A stretch of 64,000 nt of DNA from Prorocentrum cordatum. Taxonomy: Eukaryota. Position numbers and translations under genes: made by a program. Below the pieces are notes generated by a model, which worked only from the letters and a program-made list of their open reading frames with translations, searched no databases and had not been told where the DNA came from. The stretch lies in NCBI GenBank assembly GCA_963575745.1, contig CAUYUJ010000035.1:1-64000 (forward strand), given 5' to 3'. Shown here piece after piece: positions 41,469 to 53,840 of the stretch; the stretch's first letter is position 1; every line of letters starts with the position of its first letter.

Positions 41469-42949
41469 CATGATCGACCCGCAAACCCGGAAAGGAATAA
41501 AGAAACGCAAGGCGTGGCAACGTTTCAAAGACACTTGATTGGACGATGGGCACATGCGATGCTGAATGTGTCGGTCTTGATGTACTGTGCCGAGGGCTGT
41601 GCGATGCTACGCCGTGCTGAACTGCGATGTGCCGTGCCACGTTGTGGATCGAGTCATCCTTGGTATCCGAGTCCTGACCGGACTGATCATCTGATCTGGA
41701 CCTTAAGCTCGAGCTGCCTGAGCAGATGGTAGCTGCCCCAGAACTCTTCGACAGAAGGGGCATGCCAGGAGGGCGCGCCGCGGAACGCTCCGGGGAACGC
41801 GCCAGGCGACGTGCCAGGCACGCGCCATGGGGCCGCACCGCGGGACGTGCCCAGGGGGCGCGCCACGGAGCGTGCCAGTGGACGTGCCGCGGGACGCGCC
41901 AGGAGACGCGCCGCGCAACGCGCCAGGCAGATTCGCCGCGGAACGCGCCAGAGAACGTGCCAAAGTGCAATGTTGAGAGTATCGATCTTAGATGATGTAC
42001 CGTGCCGACGTTGTGCTTTGATGGGCCGTGATCCATGCCACGATTGTGCTCTATATAGGGTTGTGGATCGAATCCTTTGTGCATCGAGCCTTGACCGAAC
42101 TGATTTGGATTTTGAGCTCAAGCTGCCTCAGCACGTGGTAGCTGCCCCAGAAATAATCGACAGGGGGACGTGCCAGGAGGGCGCGCCGCGGAACGTGCCA
42201 AGGAACGCGCCAGGCGACGTGCCAGGGGACGCGCCATCAATGGGCACGCGCCGCGGGACGTGCCAAGGGGACGCGCTACGGAACATGGACGTGCCGCGGG
42301 ACGCGCCAGGGGGGCTCGCCACGGGACGTTCCGCAGAACGTGCCAGGCAACATGCCAGGTTGCAATGGTAAGGGTATCGATATTGATGTGCCGTGCCAAG
42401 AGCTGTGCTGTGCCTGGGCGACCTGGACACGTGAAAAACACGCGTTTCGCTCAAGACGTTTTCAGCACATCATCATGCTAGACATCCGCATCGGCAAATG
42501 GACACGTACAAACAAGCGTCTCGATCGAGACGTCCTCGACACATCCGCATGCTAGACATCCGCCTGGGCGACCCGGACACGTGAAAACAAGCGTCTGGTT
42601 TGAGACATCCTCAACAAATCCCCATGCTAGACATCAGCCTGGGCAACCTGGAGGCGTGAAACCAAGCGTCTCGCTCGAGAGATCCTCAAGACCTGGGCAC
42701 GTAAAAACGAGCATGTCACTTGAGAGATCCTCTGAATTCAGGCCCCCAGGAGAGGACAATATATAACACAACACAAATCCTCAACAACTTCTGCGACCAC
42801 CAGCGTTTCGCTCGAGACATCCTCAAACTTGAATTCGCCTGCCCACCTCGACCTCGATATTCATCGCAGAAGTTAGCCGGCCCACCTCAAGTCAAACCCA
42901 GGGGTAAACCATCTAAAAGAGAACTTTGGGACGGTGCCTTTTCCGGGAA
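41469..42949 (-). mobile_element. Helitron2/Helentron-like non-autonomous element, copy F (subfamily 1, diverged), inside the putative intron
   Basis: CATGATCGACCCGCAAACCCGGAAAGG ... AAAGAGAACTTTGGGACGGTGCCTTTTCCGGGAA, with the same satellite units as copy B. Confidence 0.7.
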
Positions 42950-43541
42950 AAACTCACCCCCCCGCCCTCCTCCGGCCACCCCCCCTTGCGCCCACCTGCT
43001 CTTTATCCAGGGCCCCAGGGCCGCTCGACAGACAATGTGCAATTCAAACGGTTTTGCAGGGTGACCTTAAGTTAAAACAATTGCGACACCGGCGTGGTCC
43101 GAGAAGCTCCCCCGCTACGATTCGGGTTCGCATCTCACGAAATTTGCGTTCGCCGCCCACGTCAGAACCCGACCGGACAGAGACCAGGCGCCACCCCCCC
43201 TTCGGGCTCGCGAGACGACCACCTTGCGATCCATGTTTCACTCTCTGTCTCTTTTTATTGTCATGCATGTCATTTTGGTCGCCGTCGCCCCTCCACCTCC
43301 TCGATGTCGTCTTCCTCATCGTCCTTATTCTGTCTTTCCGTCTCCTCCCACACTGGCGCCCCAACGCCGACTCCTACTGCCCGCGGGCATCCAAGATAGC
43401 CCAGGGGATCTCAAGAGGGCCCTGGATAATTTCCCATGATAGGGGGAGGGATAGGGATCGAGAGAAACCAGCCGGCTTCCAGGAGGACTCCGAAACAAAA
43501 TCCAGAGGGCCCATCGAAAGGGCACATTGGGGGGGACTGAC

Positions 43542-44413
43542 TGTGACGTCACCTCCTCTCCCGAAGCTGAGCGTGGCGCTCGCTGTCCAGGCTCGACGCA
43601 TCGACGGCGGGCGTGCTCGTCTTCTCAACTGGAGGCTCTGGGGGCTCGCCGGACATCGCTTTCTCCTGTTCGTACTTCTCAACCACAATGTCCAGCATAT
43701 CTGAAATCCCTGCAATGGAAATCGCATCGGCTGGTGTTTTTTTGTTTTTTCACGTGGCCCATTAGGATGTCGTCGTCCTTCTCATTGCTGTAGATCAACA
43801 TCTCAACAACGCTGAAATACTCCTCCGCGGAGTCTGGCCACCCGCACCTCCAGGTCTGCGGGGGCGTCGTGGCATCACGTGGGTACCCCATCTTCTCCCG
43901 GTAAGTCGTGAAAGAGCCCAAAACGTTATGAACGGCATCACGGATCGCAGGTTTCCATGGTGTGTGAGAATTGGCCCAATCTTCCAAATTTTTGAGGAGC
44001 CCCTTTTTGAAAAGACAGAGGTGGACCAGGCCCTTGCCGTTGAAGCCGGGCACGGTACCCTTGCACTCCCTCAGAGAAATCCCCTTGGTCAAGATACCGC
44101 ACTTGTGCATGTCCCAGACCCGGCGACCCTTTGGAGGGCAGGCGTGCGTCAACATTATGCCCCTAAGGATGCAAGCGCACTTGAACGCCCCCCCAAAAAA
44201 AACGCACGCGATCGGCGACCCTAAGACGAAAGTTTGGTCCGGGCCCAAAGGCCTGCCCAAAGACCCCAGGGTTTCTTCTGAGACCCAAAGGCTATGTTCC
44301 AATACCTCATGGCAATTCTTAAGGGGCATGGATGTGATCCGAGGTGTTATTTCCCAGAGCTCCGGACTATCAAAAGTGTTATTGAAATCGTTCCCCAATC
44401 GGCCCTTGCCCAC
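43542..44413 (-). pseudogene. Exon 1 (5'-truncated, frameshifted) of the same MTase-like gene; function of this region unknown
   Basis: The 244-aa ORF has globular-looking composition and continues after A-run slippage as KTPADAISIAGISDMLDIVVEKYEQEK. Candidate donor ACA|GTCAGT at 43542/43541. Linkage to exon 2 is inferred. Confidence 0.45.
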
Positions 44414-44534
44414 GTCGGGGCCCTAGCAGGTTCGCGTGGTTAGGGGTGCGGGTGGCCGATTTTGGTGGCCAGCCCGGTGTTTGGACGGTGCCCGGGGGTG
44501 CCCGGGTGCCCTGGGGTACCCGGAGGTGCCCGGT

Positions 44535-44760
44535 AACCCTATAGTTTGATAGCCCTATAGCCTTATAGCCATATAGCCCGAATAGCCCTATGCACCATAT
44601 AACCCTATAGCCTGATAGCCCTATAGCCTTATAATAATATAGCCATAATATAGCCATATAGCCCGATAGTTTTATAGCCGTGTAGCCCTCTAGCCCTATA
44701 GCCCCATAGTTCTGTAGCCATACAATGGCCCTATAACTCTATAGCCCCGTAGCCATACAT
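44535..44760. repeat. (TATAGCCC)n-like degenerate minisatellite
   Basis: Repeated ATAGCC cores. Confidence 0.85.
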
Positions 44761-44922
44761 ATAATCTTAAAGCATATCTGATGGGTTCCTTTCCCCCAGT
44801 ATCATTCGGTTATTTCAAGCCAGGGGTCGGTCTAAGAGAAAGGATCACAGTTGGGATCGTTCGACTATGTATTGCAATGGTATCAGGCCAGCGCCTCCGA
44901 TCCGGAAACGCTTCCAACGCGA

Positions 44923-45022
44923 NNNNNNNNNNNNNNNNNNNNNNNNNNNNNNNNNNNNNNNNNNNNNNNNNNNNNNNNNNNNNNNNNNNNNNNNNNNNNN
45001 NNNNNNNNNNNNNNNNNNNNNN
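44923..45022. other. Assembly gap (100 N)
   Basis: N run. Confidence 1.
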
Positions 45023-45482
45023 TAGCGCCGCGCAAATTCGTTTTCAATTGTTTGCAAGAGCTTCACGGATTGAGGACGGCTTCTTTTCAACATGTAGCTC
45101 TCGCCTTAGCGCCGCGCGCATTCGTTTTTTGTTCCATTAAACATGTAAGAATTTCGCGGGTTCCCCATGACCAGCGTACCAGAAAAGGTGCTTGGGAAGG
45201 ATTCAGAATTATGAGGGCGCAAAGTTACGTTGATTCGCGGTGTTGAAGTCCCAGGAATGGCGTTCTGGCACGACTCGAGATCGTCAATATGCACCTGTCA
45301 GGTTGATCCGTGGCGTTGGAATGCCGCGAAAGATGTTTTGGCATCCTTCAGGTTCTTCAAGCGGTTGTCTTCAAACGAGTCAGTTCAATCAGTGGAAATG
45401 AACCCTTGCAGGGGCCTGTGAAGAGCGAGCTTGAAGGGAGGGTTGATTCCAACATCGTTGATGATTCTTGGGTTTGCACTGG
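45023..45482 (+). mobile_element. Dispersed SINE-like element copy 3 (5' part lost in the gap)
   Basis: TAGCGCCGCGCA units, then ATGAACCCTTGCAGGGGCCT...CATCGTTGATGATTCTTGGGTTTGCACTGG followed by a long (TCC)n tract. Confidence 0.6.
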
Positions 45483-46339
45483 TCCTCCTCCTCCTCTCCT
45501 CCTCCTCCACCTCCTCCTCCTCCTCCTCCTCCTCTCCTCCTCCCACATCCTCCTCATCACCTCCTCCTCCTCCTCCTCTCCTCCCCTCTCCCCCTCCTCC
45601 TCTCCTCCTCCTCTTCCCTCCTCCCCCTCCCCTCTCCCCTCCTCCTCCTCCTCCTCCTCTCTTCTCCTCCTCCTTTCCCTCCTCCTTCCCTCCTCCTTCT
45701 CTATCATTCTCCCCCTCCTCCCCTCCTCCTCCTCCCTCTCCTCTCCTCCTCATCCTCCCCTCCTCCTTCCATTCTCCCCTTCTTCCCTTCTCCCCTCTCC
45801 CCTCATCCTTCTCCTCATCCTCCTCATCCTCCTCGTCTTCATCCTCCTACTCCTCCCTCCTCCTCGTCCTCCTCGTCATCCTCGTCCTCCTCGTCTCCTC
45901 CCCCTCCTCATCCTCCTCCTCTCCTTCTCTTCCCCTCCTCTTCCTCCTCCTCCTCGTCCATCCACCGCCGATCCGCCCCCGTCCCTAGCCCGTGGCAGGG
46001 TCATCAGCTCGTCGTTTTCGTTGTCGTCGTGGTCGTGGTCGTGGTCGCTGTCGTGGTCGTGGCCGTGGTCGTCGTCCTTCTGGGTCGGCGGCGCCAGCCG
46101 CAAGGAATTCACAATGTACCCCTGCTTAGAGCTAAGACCATGTCAAGCTAAGAAGGCCGACTTCACTCTAAGCGTTGTCTTAAACGGTAGTCCAGGTCAA
46201 GAACGACGAAACTTCTGTGAATTACCCGAGAGTGCCCAACCCCTTCCCTTCCCCACGCAAGGCGAATGTATGTATGTTTGCTCCATGCACAAGAACACAT
46301 CGCCTGGTATGCACGATTTGCGCTGCCCTCGTATCCGCA

Positions 46340-47760
46340 GTGCCACCCAAGAACCCACGACGGTGGCGACGGTTGCCCACTTCGCGCCCCCCCAGGAGCA
46401 ACGAGGTCTCAAATGAATTTACGCTGCCCTCACCTCCGCCGTGTCCCCAATGAGCCCACGAGGAGTGGCGACGGTTGTGCAGTTGGCAGCCCGCGAGGGA
46501 GCCGCGAGGTCTCAAATGGTTCTGCGCTGCCCTCACCTCCACCGCGCCTCCCAGGGGCCCGCGAATGTGGCGACGCTCGCCCGAGGTATCGGCTTGGTCT
46601 GCGTAGCCCTCCACTTCGCTGGACCTCCCAGGAGCCCACGAGAGTAGAGACAAGTGCGCCGTTCGCAGCAACCCACGGAGCAGCGAGGTCTCGAATGGGC
46701 CCGCGCGGCCCGACTCCGCTGGACCTCCCAGGAGCCCACGAAAGTAGCGACGGTTGCCCACTTTGCAGCCTCCCAGGGAGCTGCGAGGTCTCAAATGGAT
46801 CCGCGTGGCCCCCGAAGTTCAACTCCGCTGGACCTCCCAGGAGCCCACGAGAGTGGCGACCGTTGCGCAGTTCGCAGCAACCCAAGGAGCAACGACATCT
46901 CAAATGCATCCGCGTGGCCCCCGAAATACGACTCCGCTGGACCTCCCAGCAGCCCACGACAATGGTGACGGTAGCCCACTTCGCAGCCACCCAAGGAGCA
47001 ACGAAATCCCAAACGTATCCGTGTGGCCCCCGACTCCGCTGGACCTCCCAGGAGCCCACGAACGTGGCGACAAGCGCGCAATTCCCAGCCTCCCAGGGAG
47101 TAGCGAAGTCCCAAACGTACCCGTGTGGCCCCAGACCCCGCTGGACCTCCCAGTCGCCCACGAACGTGGCGACGGTTGCACAGTTCGCAGCCCCCCAAGG
47201 AGTAACGAGGTCTCAAGTGGATCTGCGCGGCCTTCCACCCCGCCGTGCCCCCCGGGAGCCCACGAAAGTTCTGCGTGCCCTTCCATTCCGCCGTGCCTCC
47301 CAGGGGCACACGAAAGTAACGACAGTCGCGAAGGTCGCAGCCCCTTAGAGAGCAGCGAGGTCCCGCCTGGATCTGCGTGACCCTCAGAGAGTCGCGAAGT
47401 CCCGCCTGGATCTGAGTGGGCACCCACTCCGCCGTGCCTCCCAGGAGCCCACGAACGTGGCGACAACTGCGCAGTTCGCAGCCACCCTGGGAGCCACGAG
47501 GTCTGGGCTGGGTGCGCGTGGACCTCCACTACGCTGAAACCCCCTAGAGCCAGCGAAATAGGCAACAAATGCGCACTTCGCAGCCACCCCCCTGGGAACC
47601 GTGAGGTCCCGTCTGGATCAGCTGGGCCCCCACTCCGCCGTGCTTCCTGGGAGCCCACGAAAGTGGCGGCAGTTGAGGTCCCAAATGGATGCGCGTGGCC
47701 CCCGACTCCGTTGGACCTCCCAAGAGCACACGAAAGTGGCGACGGTTGCGCAGCCCCCGA
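46340..47760. repeat. ~100-bp tandem satellite, about 14 diverged units
   Basis: GGACCTCCCAGGAGCCCACGA..GTGGCGAC recurs at roughly 100-bp spacing. Confidence 0.85.
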
Positions 47761-47919
47761 ATAGCAAAGGTACGAGCGATGCAGGTAAGGAGGCAGGGGG
47801 CACTCTGAGGCAGGAGGCAGGAGGAAAATGCTGGAGGAGGAGGAGAAGGAGGAGGAGGAGGAGGAGCAGGAGGAGCAGGAGGAGGAGGAGGAGGAGGAGG
47901 AGGAGGAGGAGGAAGAGGA

Positions 47920-49435
47920 TTTTTGCCGCTGCACCACTCTGCCCACACATCCTGTGCACGAATTCGCCGGTGACAAGGTACTCCATCCCAACGCGCTCCG
48001 TGGAAGAGACGAGGTACGCGGAGAAGAAGCCGAGCCAAACGGTGCTGAACAGGGATGGCGGTAACCCTGGCTCCGCCTCCGAATGCACAACCAGGCGGGC
48101 CTTGAGGAGAGCCCGTCAATTGAGGGAGAATGGGTTCTAGAAAACCTGGTTGCCAACTGCATCGGCAGGGCCATTGACAATGTCGAAGCAGGCAGGGCAC
48201 AGGACAGAGTCGCAGACAACGCACAAACGCAGCAGAGAGCCAGGTTCCAGAACACCATCGCATACCTTACACTGATACATGTCGCTACTGCGCGTGCTGA
48301 CCGTTGCAGATTTTCAACCATCTCCAACATGCGCCAGACAGCCGCAGGTGCCCGTACCCAGAAAGAGAGCGGCAGGGCCGTACGTGGATTGGGCATACGC
48401 GTAATTGTAATTGTCGCAACTATCTGAAACAAGAGGCGAAGCTGGCACATGGGCACCATTATCTTATGGATCTTCGACACCACCGTACTGCCCGACAACG
48501 AAGCCAGTAACGTCAGTGTCAACAACTCTGCTTTCCACTCTGCTATTCGTCTGAACACGATTCCGATCGAATCATCGCGCGGCCGAGCCCTGCGCCCAGA
48601 TGGAATCCGTATCCATTTCGCAGACAGCCCCTTCCGACGCAGGGCGATCCAAAGAAAAAGCGGCGTCCCCGGGGGCCGTCCTCAGCGAACTCCAGCTTCC
48701 CGAAACCCTGCTCCGAGCGCAAATCGACTGCCACGTCCATGTGAGAATCCCCGACGGAAGTGCCGTCGGCCAGCCTCGACTCTTCACACGCGGCCCCCCC
48801 CCCTGCAGCGCAGACAGCAGCACGTCGACGTCGCACGACCAGGAGGCGAGGAAGTGTTGGACCGCACCTGGCAGGAAGCGGGTGGCCTCCGCGCGCAGCT
48901 CCGTAGGGGCGACCCGCGGCTCGACCGAAGGAAGCCGTTGTGCGGAGGTTCGGTGTCGCAGATCTCGACGTCGACGCTCTCCTGGGCAGGCTGCCGAGGG
49001 CCCAGGTGCGGGCCGCGCCTTGCCGCGCGCAGCTGGCGCGTGCTAGCGCGTGCCACGTCCACACCAGGAGCCTCGGCATGAAGAGCCACGTCACGGCGCA
49101 GCTTGTCCGCGGGCAGTGGGCGCCGCCCGCGGAGAAGCGAGGCGAGGGCAGGGGCCACGGCGATCAGCCGCTGGACCACCTCCTCGTCCCCGAGTGCCTC
49201 CATGAGCGCCTCGTACTTCGATCGGGCCTCAGACAGCTCCCTCGAAAGCCGCAGGACGAGCGCGTCGGCGGACGCCCGTGCCCCCGCGGCTCCGCGCAGG
49301 CGCCGCCGGCCCTGCGCAGATCCGGCTGCTGCGCACGCCGCGGAAGGGGGCGGCGGCAGCGTCCCGCGCCACCGCGGGTCCCGCGCGCGCCGAAAGCGGG
49401 CGGAACACCAGGCCTTGAGCCAAAACGGCTACGGA
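47920..49435 (-). pseudogene. Spliced-leader-headed retrocopy or retroelement 5' portion with a decayed ORF and Cys-rich zinc finger, embedded in (TCC)n
   Basis: SL at 49414-49435. ORF segment EALGDEEVVQRLIAVAPALASLL...LRRDVALHAEAPG. CKVC-x10-CVVC-x4-CPAC at ~48188-48271. Ends AAAAA then TCC repeats. Confidence 0.6.
49414..49435 (-). other. Dinoflagellate spliced leader relic, 21/22
   Basis: Reverse complement reads TCCGTAGCCGTTTTGGCTCAAG. Confidence 0.9.
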
Positions 49436-50315
49436 GGAGGACGAAGAGGAGGAGGAGGAGGAGGAGGAGGAGGAGGAGGAGGAGGAGGAGGAGGAGGAGT
49501 GGAGACCACAGTGCCCTATCCAAACGAGAGCCCAACACACAGGAGGCTTGGGGGGAGAGAAACAAATGCTTTCAGGACCCCCCCCCCAGGGGCCCAATCC
49601 AGGTTCTTGCCTCTCTTCCACGAAGTCTGGAGCCAACGAAGGTCTTTGCTTCGTGCCCCCGAAACTCTCTGATGCGCGTGCGCCCCCCCGGCTCGGCGAA
49701 GGAGCAGCGTGCGCCGATCCTGGGCCCAGGATGGGCCTGGCCCGGCGGGGGGCGGTGGCCGTGGACACGTCGGCGGTTTCCGGTTCGGCGTTGCGACACT
49801 GGGCGGAGGGGGGGGGGGGAGAGGGGGGGTGGTCTGGCTCCGGACCTCTGCTGGATGCGCCTGCTCGAAGCGGGCGCCAATGGGGGAGACTCCGCCTGCT
49901 CGAAGCGGGCGCCAAGAACAGCCAAGATCTACTGCATGGTGGGGGGGTAGGGAGGGGGGGGGTAGGGGGGGGGCGAGGGCCCGCGCCGATCGGCAAAACA
50001 GTGAATACAAAAACGATCACCAAAGACTTGTTTGTTTTTGTTTTAGACGCGGGTTGGAATCAAGCGCGAACTCCTGGGCAGCAGCGGGACCGAAGGAGGG
50101 CCCGCAAAAAGGCAGCGACCGAGCGCAGAATCGAGGCCTGCATAGACTTGTGGAGGTCCGCGTGGGTTTCTTGGTGGACAATGGAACAAACGAATCCACA
50201 CCCCACCTGCGGCCCCACAAACAACCGGAATTCATGAGACATGCAAACTGCATATCTCATGAATTCCGGCTTGCAGTTTTGGCGTGGTAGACGCCACGGC
50301 CCCCGATGGGCCGCA

Positions 50316-50406
<91 letters not shown>

Positions 50407-51111
50407 TCGTCATCGTCGTCGTCGTCTTCGTCGTCTTCGTCGTCGTCGTTGTCGTCTTCGTCGTCTTCGTCGTAATCGTCGTCGTCGTCGTCGCCCGACG
50501 GTCCTGCATCGCCGTCTCCGCCTCCGCGAGCAGGGCCGCGAGCTCCTCGAACCGCCCGCCGCCGCCGGGCGCGGCGGCCGCCGCAGCCTCGCGGGCGCGC
50601 AGGGCCGCGGTCCCGATCCTCGGGGAGAGGGACCCTCCTCCTCCTCCTCCTCCTCCTCCTCCTCCTCCTCCTCTTCCTCCTCCTCCTCCTCCTCCTCCTC
50701 CTCCTCCTCCTCCTCGTTAGGAGCAATCGAGGCGTCACCTACTGAGGAGGCAGAGAGGTCTCGGATGAAGAGGTACCCATACCCCCTACCTTTGCATCGT
50801 TTTCCCCTTTCTTGGGGATCCATGGGAGGCCTCGTCGCCACCGCTGGACTCTCCTCGACATTCTGGTGAGAACGCACCATGGGAAAAGGTGTCGGGGAGT
50901 AGCGGTATCGGTACCCTTTGGCTTCCCCAAGAGAGGTCTTCGTGAGAACGCTGGAAAGGCCATTAGGCCTGATTCAGCCGCCACTGAGCCAGGTTGGCTC
51001 CGATCGAGCCCAGGATTGAGCGAGCGGGACAAGACGGAAATCAACGGGACTATGCCGGATTAGCCCCGTTAGCCGGGTGTGGTGGGGAGGGAAGGGGCGA
51101 ACCCCTCCCCC

Positions 51112-51366
51112 TTGGGTGACCCCAAAGGGGGTCCAGCTGAAAGGGGGTGGTGCAATAGATTTGCGGCAACTGTATTGCAAATGTATTGCGCAGGAGAATT
51201 GTATTGCGTTGTATTGCAAATCATGTATTGCACGCGAAAATACATCAATACAATTGTGCCCCGACGTGTATTGCACGCCCCAAATGTATTGCAACCCCAC
51301 AAATCTATTGCACCAAATCTATTGCACCACCCCCTTGTCGCTGGACCCCCTTTTGGGTCAACCCGA
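51112..51366. mobile_element. MITE with ~50-bp TIRs and internal TGTATTGCA repeats
   Basis: TTGGGTGACCCCAAAGGGGGTCCAGCTGAAAGGGGGTGGTGCAATAGATTTG versus the reverse complement of CAAATCTATTGCACCACCCCCTTGTCGCTGGACCCCCTTTTGGGTCAACCCGA. Confidence 0.75.
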
Positions 51367-51726
51367 TCCACGAGGGGGAAAGGAGGAGGCTCTGGGAGAG
51401 AGCCAAGAGCCGGCGGGATTAGGACGGCGCAGTCTGCCTACGGACGTCAGGAGCGCGACGCGAGGAGCGAAGCCGCTCACCGAGATCCGACGTTGCAAAA
51501 AAAGGGCACCATCGCAAAAATCACGCCTGGCCCTAGACCCCATGTTTCTGCGTCATTTTTCGAGCCGGATCGATGTGTGAGGGTCCTGGGGCACGAAATC
51601 GAGGTAAAGCGCCCGCTGTGAAAAAATTGCAGCGCCAGAATCTCGGGGATCTTTGACCCCAAAGCGCCTGGGTGTGCACGAGGAGCGACAAGGGAACAGC
51701 GTGGAAAGACCTCAAGGAACAGCGAG

Positions 51727-51961
51727 TCGGGGATCTTCTGACCCGGGTCGATCCGGACCCGGGTGAGTCAGGCCTTGCAGAATCCTGCAAGATCCTGCAA
51801 GATCCTGCACCCAAACCTGGGTCAATGCGAAGGATCCTGCAGGATCCCGCAGGATCCTGCACCCAAGCCCGGGCCAATGCGACCCTGGCCCTGCAGGATC
51901 CTGCAAGATCGGGCGCTCTGGCTGACCCCCGTCTGCATTGACCCCTGTCTCAAGGCTCCCG
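51727..51961. mobile_element. Degenerate MITE-like element with internal GATCCTGCAG repeats
   Basis: Loose ~45-bp inverted termini around repeated CAGGATCCTG palindromes. Confidence 0.4.
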
Positions 51962-52134
51962 CGCGGGCCCCTGCCGAACCCGACCGGCTCCTTTCAGCGC
52001 CCTGGCTGTAGTCGCCAGGCCTTCGCAGGCCCAGCTTGAGCACCGACGCCGGTGGAGGCTGCCTCCTGGCCCTGTCCCGGAAGGCCGTGCCCCACAAATG
52101 TCGGGGCCCAAGGCGGCGGCGGTCTGCGCAGCCT

Positions 52135-52135
52135 C

Positions 52136-52169
<34 letters not shown>

Positions 52170-52285
52170 AGAGGAGGAGAAGGAGGCGAAGGAGAAGGAG
52201 GCGACGAAGAAGACCATAAAGGAGGAGGAGGATAACGACGAGGAGGCGGGGGAGGAGGAGGAGGAAGCGGAGTAGGACGATGATT

Positions 52286-52350
<65 letters not shown>

Positions 52351-52351
52351 A

Positions 52352-52383
<32 letters not shown>

Positions 52384-52947
52384 AATGTTGATGATGATGA
52401 TTGTGATGATGATGATGACGATGATGGCGATGCTGATGATGCTGATGATGATGATGCTGATGATGATGCTGATGATGATGAGGGCTGTGAGTATGAGTAT
52501 GAGTATGAGTATGGGGATGATGATGCTGAGGATGATTATGCATTAGGATAATGATGACGATGATGATGCTGATGATGATGATGACGATGATGATGATAAC
52601 GACGGTGATGATACGGATCATCACAATGATGATAATACTAATGATGGTGATGGTATGATGATGCTGCTGATGATGATGATGATGAGTATAACGAGTATGG
52701 TGATGATGACGACAATGAGGTTCATGATGCTACTGATGATGGTACTGATCATGATGATGCTTATGATGCTGATGAAGATGATGCCGATGCTCGTAATAAT
52801 GATGATGCTGATGATGCTGGCGATAAACATTATGATGATGATGACGCTGATGGTGATGATGAGGATGATGATGCGGATGCAAGGTGATGATGAGTGTGAT
52901 GACGACGACGATGATGATGGTGGTGATGATGCTAACGATTATTATGG

Positions 52948-52990
<43 letters not shown>

Positions 52991-53340
52991 CATGACCATG
53001 TTGATGATGACGATGATATGCAGCTGCTGATGGTGCTGCTGCTGATGATGATGTGTATAATGAAGATGAGGATGAGGATGATGCTGCTCCTGAGGAGGAG
53101 GAGGTGACTGAAGAGAGGAGGAGGAGGAGGAGGAGGAGGAACAGGAGGCGGAGGGGGAAGAGGAGGGGGAGACCGAGGATGATAATGACGATGATGAAGA
53201 TGCTGCTGATCATGATGATGATGATGATGATGATCATGAAGATGCTGTTGCTGATGATGATGATGATACGATGATGATAATGATGATGCTGATGATGATG
53301 ATGCTGATGATACTGATGATGATGACGCTGATGATGATGG

Positions 53341-53371
<31 letters not shown>

Positions 53372-53584
53372 GATGATGATGACGGTACTGATGGTGATGC
53401 TGGTGATGCTGCTGATGATGCTGATGTTGCTGATGACTGATGTTGGTGATGATGATGATGATGATGTTGCTGCTACTGCTGCTGATGACAATGCTGTTGT
53501 TGATGATGATGCTGATGATGATTATGATGATGATGATGATGATGGTGATGGTGATGGTGATGGTGATGATGATGATGATGATGT

Positions 53585-53616
<32 letters not shown>

Positions 53617-53840
53617 CTGATGCTGATGCTGATGCTGATGATGCTGATGCTGATGCTGATGCTGATGCTGATGATGATGATGATGATGAGGAGGAGGAGG
53701 AGGAGGAGGAGGAGGAGGAGGACGTGGAAGAGGAGGGAGAGGAGGAGGAGGACGAGGAGGAGGATGAGGAGGAGGAGGAGGAGAAGAGCGAGGAGGAGAA
53801 GGAGGAGGAGGAGGAGGAGAAGGAGGAGGGGGAGGGCGAG
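52135..53840. repeat. Very long degenerate (GAT)n / (GAG)n microsatellite
   Basis: Read directly. Further GAG/GGT tracts lie at ~54200-54740 and 55147-55447, and GAT/GAG at 59827-60340. Confidence 0.95.

Noticed and set aside
44781..45246. ORFs spanning the N run
   Set aside because: Artefact of the assembly gap.
52280..53700. Poly-Met / poly-Asp / poly-His proteins
   Set aside because: Translations of a (GAT)n microsatellite.
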